From Candidatus Omnitrophota bacterium (GTDB taxonomy: Bacteria; Omnitrophota; Gorgyraeia; Velamenicoccales; Velamenicoccaceae), in the NCBI GenBank assembly GCA_016235185.1, contig JACRLT010000042.1:37917-61916 (forward strand): 24,000 nt of DNA, given 5' to 3'. Positions 17,512-24,000 of the stretch are shown piece by piece. The stretch's first letter is position 1; the number at the start of each line of letters is the position of its first letter. The position numbers and the translations under genes are program-made. The notes below the pieces were generated by a model, which was not told where the DNA came from, ran no database searches, and saw only the letters and a list, made by a program, of their open reading frames with translations.

Positions 17512-18299
17512 GGAATAACCTCTATCTGCCAGGGGTGTGATACGATGATCTCGGGCTCTCCTTTATACTCTTTGATCAATCCGAATACCTGCGCTTTCTT
17601 GCCTTTATAAAAAGACGCGGGGCTGATGCCTTTGTTTAAAAAAAGCTCGAGGTCGTTTTTAAATATGACCAAGGCCAGGCCATCCATTGACAGGCGCACC
17701 AGCTTCTCCATTGAGCGCGTTTTTTTGATCTCGCCTGTGACGATCTTTCTCTGGCCCACAAAATGCGCGGCATCTTGGGAAGAGATGTCCAGGTCCTGCG
17801 ACCATATGCCACGCCGATTCTCTTTTGCCTCTTTTAAAGCGCTGACAAGCGTATCCACATATTTTACATTCGGCACAAATGTGTAAAGATAAGCCAGGCC
17901 GTTCCTTAATATTTCAGCCTGGGCCAGGACTTCTTTGCCGCCGTCTTTGACGAACAAATAGACTAGCAGCCTTTTGTATTTATCCTGGCGCACGATATCA
18001 AACTCCAGGCGCGCGGCCTTTCCTGATACAAGTTCCTCATTAAAACGCCTTGCCTCCTCTCCAAAAGGTTCAGAGACGTTTTTCCAGCCGCTCGCAGTCT
18101 TTTTGTGCGTCTCGGGAGTATCAATACCTATATAACGCGCCATCTCCCCATTCTTTAACTCAACTGTGTCACCGTCTACAACGGACTTTATCTCAACATT
18201 GCCATAATCAACAGGCGTATTCTTAAAACCGACGGCAAGAACAATGATGAGCGCAGACAGAACTGCAGCAAATATGAATATATACCGGTTTATTTTCAT
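17508..18299 (-). CDS. Thermonuclease (SNase-like) family protein
   Basis: VKSVVDGDTVELKNGEMARYIGIDTPET, GEEARRFNEELV, DKYKRLLVYLFV, N-terminal membrane anchor. Confidence 0.88.
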   Translation of the reverse strand: MKINRYIFIFAAVLSALIIVLAVGFKNTPVDYGNVEIKSVVDGDTVELKNGEMARYIGIDTPETHKKTASGWKNVSEPFGEEARRFNEELVSGKAARLEFDIVRQDKYKRLLVYLFVKDGGKEVLAQAEILRNGLAYLYTFVPNVKYVDTLVSALKEAKENRRGIWSQDLDISSQDAAHFVGQRKIVTGEIKKTRSMEKLVRLSMDGLALVIFKNDLELFLNKGISPASFYKGKKAQVFGLIKEYKGEPEIIVSHPWQIEVIP

Positions 18300-18364
18300 A
18301 GATGATCCGGTGGCGGGGTATCTGGGCTACTTTATCAACTGTTTCCAACAATTGCAGGGAGAGG

Positions 18365-18757
18365 CTATTTTATCAATTGTTGGACTATCTTGACGAAAAC
18401 TTTTTCAGCAGTTGCCACGCGTGGAAAAAGGCCTTTTCTGGCCTTGACCTTTACGCGTATGGCTTCCGGCGTAAGCTGGGTTATCTCAACTTTGACTTTT
18501 GCCTTATCTATAAGGGCTTCCATAGTGCCTTTTGTCGAATCACGATTTGAAATAGCTCCGAGCATATTGCAGGTATCCAGCGCTGCCTTCCAGGCAGCCG
18601 CATATTTGGCATCATATTCGCCCTGGATAGTATCGCGAGTGATCGCATATCCGCCTAAAGCGCCTACGCTGCTGGCTATCAGAAAGAAACAACCGCTCAA
18701 AGATATAAGACAGATAAAAATTACCGCGAACAAACTTATCTTTTTTAAATTCATCAT
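18365..18757 (-). CDS. Small DUF3568-like lipoprotein
   Basis: ORF listed from 18793; likely start MMNLKKISLFAVIFICLISLSGC (lipobox), then ASSVGALGGYAITRDTIQGEYDAKYAAAWKAALDTCN. Confidence 0.65.
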   Translation of the reverse strand: MMNLKKISLFAVIFICLISLSGCFFLIASSVGALGGYAITRDTIQGEYDAKYAAAWKAALDTCNMLGAISNRDSTKGTMEALIDKAKVKVEITQLTPEAIRVKVKARKGLFPRVATAEKVFVKIVQQLIK

Positions 18758-18851
18758 TTGACCTCTTAAATGACGGCATACTTTACGGAACAAAGTAAAC
18801 GTAAAGTATACGCCGGAATTTATCCCGCACCCAAAGGGTGTCGGGATCTAT

Positions 18852-18959
18852 TTAGGTAATTGTCCCCTTTTTAGAGAATATCTTATAAAAACAAAAGACG
18901 GCAAGGCCTATAATACCGAGCCATGATATACCTAAAAAAAACCAGCCAAAAAAATTCAT
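18852..18959 (-). CDS. MetS-like NSS transporter small subunit (35 aa)
   Basis: Not in the ORF track. My translation is MNFFGWFFLGISWLGIIGLAVFCFYKIFSKKGTIT*. Overlaps the transporter stop as ATGA, a single TM peptide. Confidence 0.75.
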   Translation of the reverse strand: MNFFGWFFLGISWLGIIGLAVFCFYKIFSKKGTIT

Positions 18960-20527
18960 AGCAGTTTTTTCTCCTCTTCTCTGGCGCGCCTGCGCCAGGC
19001 GATCTTTACCAATACAGCAAGCGCAGTAAATAGCCCAATGAGGCCTATCCTCGTCCAGAAAATATATGGTTTATCCGCATCGGATGCCCCCTTCAAAAAC
19101 AGCACAGGCAAACCCTCCTGGTATATCCAGAAACCCAGGATGGTCAATAAGAAAAGCGGCGTAATGAACTTAATGATAAACTTATATATTTTAGGAACGC
19201 GCATATCAGCGCCGTGATGTATCTCCTCCCACGCGCGATCCATGCCAAATACCCAGGCAAAAAGAATGGTTTCGATCGTCGCAAAAAGCACAAGGCAAAA
19301 CGTGCCTCCCCAAAAATCAAGCTCGTTAACAACGCCCCTGCCCAAAAAGAAAATAGCAGGCTGGCACAAGAAAAAGCTTACCACGCCAAATATCTTGACC
19401 GATCTCTGGCGCGTAATGTCAAACTCATCCTCCAGGAAGGCTATGGCAGGCTGGGCCAACGAAACGCTTGAAGTAATGCCTGCCAAAAACAAAAGCCCAA
19501 ACCATAAAAAACCGAATACAGGGGCCAAGGGAAACTTACCCAAAACAAGAGGCATTGTCACGAACCCTAGGTCAAATGCGCCTTGCTTGGCTATTGCCTG
19601 GATCTCGCCGGGCCCAAAAAAAACAAATGCCGCAGGGATAATAATACAGCCGCCTAATATTACTTCAGCCGCCTCATTGACGCTTGCGGCTGTGAGGCCT
19701 GAAAGCACCACATCATCCCCTTTTTTCAAATAGCTGGCATACGTCAGAATAACGCCGATCCCTACGGAAAGAGTAAAAAGTATCTGACCCGAAGCAGCCA
19801 ACCATACCTTGGCGGACTTAAGCGCGCTAAAATCGGGATTCCATAAAAAACCTAAACCGTTATTTAAGTTCCAATCCGGCCTCGCAGGATCAGGCGTACC
19901 CAATGACAAAACCCTGATAGCCAAGATAATACCGAAGAAGAACAGAACAGGCATCGTAATATTGCAGAGTATCTCAATGCCGCCTTTGATGCCGTGGCGC
20001 AGGACTATCATATTCAAAACAAAAGTTATAAAAAAAAATATATAGGCAGGCCAAAGATCATGGAAAAAAGCATTGCTCTCTAAACCCTGATACCCCTTAA
20101 GGAATGCCTGCATGGAAGGCTGATCCACAACCGCAAACAGGCCTTTAACACTATAGAAACTATATCCTAAAGTCCACGATTCTATAAAAAGATAATATAT
20201 GAATATTACAAGAGGGCCAAAGATACCGATAACGCCGAAGTATTTTATAAAGCGGTTCTTTTTCCATATGCTGTGGAAGATGCCCGGGGCTGTGCCATGC
20301 TCAAAACCTCCGCCAAAACGGCCCAGGGTCCATTCTATCCACATAAGCGGTATCCCCAATAACAACAAGGAGATAAAATAAGGTATCATGAACGCGCCGC
20401 CGCCATTGCCTGCTGCCTGGACAGGAAACCTTAAAAAATTACCGAGCCCTACGGCAGAGCCTGCGACAGCAAGGATGATGCCGAGCCTGGAACCCCACGT
20501 ATCACGCTTATGTTTTAGCTGTCTCAT
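18956..20527 (-). CDS. Neurotransmitter:sodium symporter (SNF/NSS) family transporter
   Basis: DTWGSRLGIILAVAGSAVGLGNFLRFP.., GIPLMWIEWTLGRFGG, FFTLSVGIGVILTYASYL, AGITSSVSLAQP. Confidence 0.93.
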   Translation of the reverse strand: MRQLKHKRDTWGSRLGIILAVAGSAVGLGNFLRFPVQAAGNGGGAFMIPYFISLLLLGIPLMWIEWTLGRFGGGFEHGTAPGIFHSIWKKNRFIKYFGVIGIFGPLVIFIYYLFIESWTLGYSFYSVKGLFAVVDQPSMQAFLKGYQGLESNAFFHDLWPAYIFFFITFVLNMIVLRHGIKGGIEILCNITMPVLFFFGIILAIRVLSLGTPDPARPDWNLNNGLGFLWNPDFSALKSAKVWLAASGQILFTLSVGIGVILTYASYLKKGDDVVLSGLTAASVNEAAEVILGGCIIIPAAFVFFGPGEIQAIAKQGAFDLGFVTMPLVLGKFPLAPVFGFLWFGLLFLAGITSSVSLAQPAIAFLEDEFDITRQRSVKIFGVVSFFLCQPAIFFLGRGVVNELDFWGGTFCLVLFATIETILFAWVFGMDRAWEEIHHGADMRVPKIYKFIIKFITPLFLLTILGFWIYQEGLPVLFLKGASDADKPYIFWTRIGLIGLFTALAVLVKIAWRRRAREEEKKLL

Positions 20528-20664
20528 ATGCTGGTATCCGCCGAAGGCGGATTTCGCTGGATCGTTACATAGATGTGCTTATTATATACGGCGGGCTTTT
20601 ACTTTTCAACTTTTTAATGCGCAGACACTTTATGGAACATTAGTGAACATAAAGTGTAGGCCTC

Positions 20665-20681
20665 GCCTGCCTCCGGCAGGC
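20665..20681. repeat. Short palindromic repeat GCCTGCC-tcc-GGCAGGC
   Basis: 7-bp perfect inverted repeat in the intergenic region, followed by another CAGGGCAG. Confidence 0.5.
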
Positions 20682-20693
20682 AGGGCAGTCTGC

Positions 20694-20755
20694 GAATTAC
20701 CCCCACTGATTCGTTTTGCATTCGCAAAGCGAATCAAAACGGTGGGGGTAAATTC
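20694..20755. repeat. Long hairpin repeat (solo copy of the ACCCCCAC...GTGGGGGT hairpin)
   Basis: GAATTACCCCCACTGATTCGTTTTGCATTCGCAAAGCGAATCAAAACGGTGGGGGTAAATTC. Near-identical to the hairpins at 1011-1061 and 22164-22214, with paired changes (GATTCG/CGAATC versus GTTTCG/CGAAAC). Confidence 0.8.
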
Positions 20756-20867
20756 CGCCCAATAACTTACGTCGTAAATGGAGCCCGGTGTTCCTTTGGC
20801 GGAATACTTGAAGCGGCCGCAACCATACGCAGCCTAAAGGGCACGGTTTTAGGCCACGAAAGTATAA

Positions 20868-21524
20868 GTGGATTGTGGATATTTTCTTGTTATAATGAAG
20901 AAAATTATGAAGACGCTAATCTACATACTCAAGGCGCCGCTACGATGGTTTAGGAATATGTACAAGTGGACCATCCATTGGTCCAAGAAAAAAGAAGCTC
21001 CGTATGCGCTCTTCTCAATAGCCTTCGCCGAAAGCTCCTTCTTCCCTGTCCCGCCGGATGTGCTTTTGATCGCGATGGTATTGGCGCAAAGAAAAAAGTG
21101 GTTTGTCTACGCGGGTATTTGCACACTCGGCTCTGTATGCGGGGCTTTACTTGGGTATTTTATCGGGTGGGGGCTTTATGAGACTGTGGGTAAATTAATA
21201 GTATCTACCTATCACCTTGAGTCTGTGGTCGAGCTTATCGGCCAAAAATACCAGGCCAACGCGTTCCTTACGGTATTTACCGCAGCATTCACACCTATCC
21301 CCTACAAAGCGATCACTATCACCGCAGGGCTTTTTAAGATATCACTCGGTGTGCTTGTAGCGGCCTCGATCATCGGCCGCGCCGGAAGGTTTTTCCTTGT
21401 GGCTGTTTCTTTGAGGATATTCGGCAAGAAAATAGAAGATTCGATAGAAAAATACTTCGATATCTTCTCTCTTGTCCTGGTAGGATTATTGATACTTGGT
21501 ATTCTCGCCTTAAAATATCTATAG
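20868..21524 (+). CDS. VTT-domain / YqaA-DedA-like membrane protein
   Basis: IAFAESSFFPVPPDVLLIAMVLAQRKKW..GSVCGALLGYFIGW..FTAAFTPIPYKAITITAGLFKI..ASIIGRAGRFFLVA. Start may be an internal Met (MKKIMKTLIY). Confidence 0.85.
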   Translation: MDCGYFLVIMKKIMKTLIYILKAPLRWFRNMYKWTIHWSKKKEAPYALFSIAFAESSFFPVPPDVLLIAMVLAQRKKWFVYAGICTLGSVCGALLGYFIGWGLYETVGKLIVSTYHLESVVELIGQKYQANAFLTVFTAAFTPIPYKAITITAGLFKISLGVLVAASIIGRAGRFFLVAVSLRIFGKKIEDSIEKYFDIFSLVLVGLLILGILALKYL

Positions 21525-21525
21525 G

Positions 21526-21675
21526 CTATTTCTTTTTAATCTCGTCTAATATCCTGTCGAGCTTAGTCTCGATACGCAGCAATATCTCCATCTTCTTCTG
21601 TTCCATCTTCGCCTGGCTATCCTGCAATTCCTTGGCTGCCTGGGCCATCTTCGCCATATCCGGTAAATTAAACAT
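21526..21675 (-). CDS. Small 49-aa amphipathic/coiled-coil protein
   Basis: Not in the ORF track. My translation is MFNLPDMAKMAQAAKELQDSQAKMEQKKMEILLRIETKLDRILDEIKKK*. Strong SD AAGGAGAG 7-12 nt upstream; ends 2 nt from the convergent VTT stop. Confidence 0.6.
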   Translation of the reverse strand: MFNLPDMAKMAQAAKELQDSQAKMEQKKMEILLRIETKLDRILDEIKKK

Positions 21676-21684
21676 CAATTTACT

Positions 21685-21800
21685 CTCCTTAATTTTGCAT
21701 TTTCTGGGTATTTTTCTTCACAAAATTAACTCCGAAGCCAGCGATGGAATTTCGTGCCGGAGAACCCTGGCACGAAATTACGAGCGCTTTGGCAAGGAGT
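21685..21800 (-). promoter_or_regulatory. Structured 5'-leader element, copy C (upstream of 49-aa ORF)
   Basis: TTAATTTTG(21689-21697)/CAAAATTAA(21721-21729); CTCCGAAGCCA..TGGCAAGGAG; apical AATTTCGTGCC/GGCACGAAATT. Confidence 0.65.
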
Positions 21801-21804
21801 CTAC

Positions 21805-22098
21805 CTAGAATTTTTTCCCGTGCCTGTATGGACGGCTCTTGTTTTTTTCGGCTTTCTTCTTCAGCGCTGCCTCAAGGTCTATTCCGCGGGCGCCGCAATA
21901 ATCAAAGATCCTGATACAGCAATCCGCGAGCTCCTCGGCAACATCATCTTTGCCTAAGTCATTGCGCATAGCCTCTAACGCCTCCGATAACTCCGAATGC
22001 ATGAGTGCGATGAGCTCGCCATCGGAGCGTTCAAAATCCCACCACCCTTTTTCCTTGGCGGTCTTGTAACATAATTCGATCCAACTATTAATAGTCAT
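21805..22098 (-). CDS. MazG-like nucleotide pyrophosphohydrolase-related protein
   Basis: ELIALMHSELSEALEAMRNDLGKDDVAEELADCCIRIFDYC; MazG-type ExxE..ExxD pattern. Confidence 0.75.
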   Translation of the reverse strand: MTINSWIELCYKTAKEKGWWDFERSDGELIALMHSELSEALEAMRNDLGKDDVAEELADCCIRIFDYCGARGIDLEAALKKKAEKNKSRPYRHGKKF

Positions 22099-22104
22099 TG
22101 TTTT

Positions 22105-22230
22105 GCTCCTTGATTTTGCCTATATTTAGGTATTTTTACTTTACAAAATCAACTCCGAAGCTTACCCCCACTGTTTCGTTTTGCTTTCGCAAAGCGAAAC
22201 AAAACGGTGGGGGTGTTTAAGCAAGGAGCT
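22105..22230 (-). promoter_or_regulatory. Structured 5'-leader element, copy D (upstream of MazG-like gene)
   Basis: TTGATTTTG(22110-22118)/CAAAATCAA(22144-22152), a compensatory A-to-G/T-to-C pair versus the other copies; outer stem and long hairpin identical to copy A. Confidence 0.7.
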
Positions 22231-22894
22231 AACTTTTTACATTTTTGATGAATTTTTTGATCAATTGATGGTCTTTCTTGCCGGGCGCCTTCTCCACACC
22301 GCTTGATACATCAACGGCAAAAGGCCCTATCCTTCTGACCAGCTCGCTCGCGTTATCCGGCGTCAAACCGCCTGAAACAAAAAAAGGAGTTTTTGTCTTC
22401 TTTAAAGGCTTTAAAATATCCCAGTCAAACGCTTGGCCAGTGCCGCCAAAGGCGCCTTTCTGATAAGTGTCAAAAAGAAAATAATCGGCATTATACGACT
22501 TTAAAGTTTCCGCGCTGACTTTGTCTTTTATTCTCAACGCCTTGATAACAGAATAGCCCTTAAAAGCAGCTAAATAACCCGGGGGTTCATCACCGTGGAA
22601 CTGCAGAAGGTCAAGGCCGCAGATATCGGCGATCTTTTTAACCCTTTCCTCTTTCTCATTAACAAAAACGCCGGCTTTTAAAATACCCTTTGGCAGTCTT
22701 TTAATGATAGCGCGCGCTTTCAAAGGCGTAATGTAGCGCAAGCTCCTCTTATAAAAAATAAAACCTATGAAGAAGGCGCCGTTAGAAACAGAAAAAGCGG
22801 CATCCGGGTAATTCGTGATGCCGCATATTTTGATCCTGCACCCAGTCCCAGAATGCGGGACGGGCAGGACTCCGCTTTGCTTTGCCTTAGTCAT
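22229..22894 (-). CDS. trpF: Phosphoribosylanthranilate isomerase
   Basis: RIKICGITNYPDAAFSVSNGAFFIGFIFYKRSLRYI, LQFHGDEPP, DVSSGVEKAPGKKD. Confidence 0.93.
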   Translation of the reverse strand: MTKAKQSGVLPVPHSGTGCRIKICGITNYPDAAFSVSNGAFFIGFIFYKRSLRYITPLKARAIIKRLPKGILKAGVFVNEKEERVKKIADICGLDLLQFHGDEPPGYLAAFKGYSVIKALRIKDKVSAETLKSYNADYFLFDTYQKGAFGGTGQAFDWDILKPLKKTKTPFFVSGGLTPDNASELVRRIGPFAVDVSSGVEKAPGKKDHQLIKKFIKNVKS

Positions 22895-23676
22895 GACTTC
22901 AGGCGTTTTACAAATTCCCGTGTCAAAGCTTGGATATCTTTGGCGCGCATAAGCGCTTCACCCACCAACACACCTTTGACTCCGGACTTCTTTACCGCAT
23001 CGAGGTCAGAAACGGATTTAATCCCGCTTTCACAGACCACGATCTTATCCTCGGGTATTTTTTCCATAAGCCTTGGCAAAATATCGAGATCAATGGTGAA
23101 ATCTTTTAAGTTTCGCGTGTTGATGCCTATAATGGACGCTCCGCAATCAAGCGCCATTTTAAGCTCATCTTCGCTGTGCGCTTCCACAAGCGCATCGAGT
23201 TGCACCTCTTTAGCGGCTTTCAACAGGTCTTTTAAACCCTTTTCTTTTAAAATAGAAACTATCAGAAGGACCGCATCCGCATGGTGTACCTTTGATTCAT
23301 AGATATGGTATTCGTCTATCAGAAAATCCTTTCGAAGTATCGGCAGCTGCACTGCTAAAGCAACTGCGTTCAAATGAGACAGGCTGCCTTTGAAGAACTT
23401 ATCTTCTGTCAGGATAGATAAACAGCCGGCTCCCCCTGCCTCATAGGCAAGGGCTATATCCCTGGCATCAAAATTCTCCCTGATGATACCAGCGGATGGC
23501 GATGCCTTTTTGATCTCTGCAATGAGGTGGACACCATCCTCTTCTATTTTTCTGCGGAATTTTGCAGAGGGCAAAGACTTATCCAGCGCTTTGACAAATT
23601 CCAAAAAAGGAGTTACGGACTTCTGTTTCTTTAATTGTTCTTTTTTATACGCTACGATCTCGTCTAAAATATTCAT
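22891..23676 (-). CDS. trpC: Indole-3-glycerol-phosphate synthase
   Basis: VHLIAEIKKASPSAGIIRENFD, CLSILTEDKFFKGSL, PILRKDFLIDEYHIYES, IIGINTRNLKDFTID, VCESGI, VLVGEALM. Confidence 0.97.
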   Translation of the reverse strand: MNILDEIVAYKKEQLKKQKSVTPFLEFVKALDKSLPSAKFRRKIEEDGVHLIAEIKKASPSAGIIRENFDARDIALAYEAGGAGCLSILTEDKFFKGSLSHLNAVALAVQLPILRKDFLIDEYHIYESKVHHADAVLLIVSILKEKGLKDLLKAAKEVQLDALVEAHSEDELKMALDCGASIIGINTRNLKDFTIDLDILPRLMEKIPEDKIVVCESGIKSVSDLDAVKKSGVKGVLVGEALMRAKDIQALTREFVKRLKS

Positions 23677-24000
23677 AAATTGGTATACTCGATAAGCTTA
23701 TTCAACTTCTTGATAGCGGCGCCGGAATCGATCGCCTCGGCGGCTAAATTCATTCCGTCTTTTATGGTATTTGCGCGGCCAGAAAGATAAATACAACAGC
23801 CGGCATTTAAAACCACTATATCTCGGCTGGGCCCTTCCATGCCTTTTAAAACATTGGAGGCGATCTGTCTATTCGTCTCTACGTCGCCACCTTTTATATC
23901 TTTGAGCTCAACACGCGCCAATCCCATCTTTTCAGGTTCAAGAACATACTCTTTTATATGGCCTTCATTTAGTTCAATGGCAGACCCCATTTCACAGACA
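23673..24000 (-). CDS. trpD: Anthranilate phosphoribosyltransferase, C-terminal part (5' end outside window)
   Basis: MGLARVELKDIKGGDVETNRQIASNVLKGMEGPSRDIVVLNAGCCIYLSGRANTIKDG; 4-nt overlap with trpC. Confidence 0.9.
   Translation of the reverse strand, partial: VCEMGSAIELNEGHIKEYVLEPEKMGLARVELKDIKGGDVETNRQIASNVLKGMEGPSRDIVVLNAGCCIYLSGRANTIKDGMNLAAEAIDSGAAIKKLNKLIEYTNL

Noticed and set aside
20753-20804. TTCCGCC...GGCGGAA inverted repeat as an RNA gene
   Set aside because: Only 7-bp arms 38 nt apart with no conserved core or second copy; insufficient support.
1-24000. CRISPR array, prophage or IS transposase
   Set aside because: No regularly spaced identical direct repeats, no Cas, phage structural or transposase motifs in any listed ORF.

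Overview
This 24 kb window is densely coding, mostly on the minus strand, and looks like a bacterial genome; the repeat and gene style suggests an Omnitrophota-like organism, but that is a weak inference. Supportable content includes a beta-CASP metallo-hydrolase (partial), a TlpA-like protein, a lone PAS protein, a PNPOx-like protein, Nth, an Ogg2-type glycosylase, a response regulator and PAS histidine kinase, a HemW-like radical SAM protein, PilZ, Smr, KDPG aldolase and an HMGL-like aldolase. It also includes tmRNA (ssrA), smpB, an AEC transporter, an SNase-like nuclease, an NSS transporter with its MetS-like small subunit, a VTT/YqaA membrane protein, a MazG-like protein and trpF-trpC-trpD (partial). 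Three things stand out. (1) Four copies of a complex structured element (~960-1078, 2465-2568, 21685-21800, 22105-22230) all end at the start codon or Shine-Dalgarno of a minus-strand gene, with compensatory changes in at least two helices. (2) A single 1017-aa polypeptide carries two tandem FtsH (AAA+ and M41) units. The first has YEAGH instead of HEAGH and the second is intact. It is tightly coupled to an uncharacterised lipoprotein gene. (3) The tmRNA has an apparent 52-codon tag reading frame ending in ALAH, much longer than typical. Several small hairpin repeats are also present, including one that appears to be translated in-frame at the N-terminus of TrpF.
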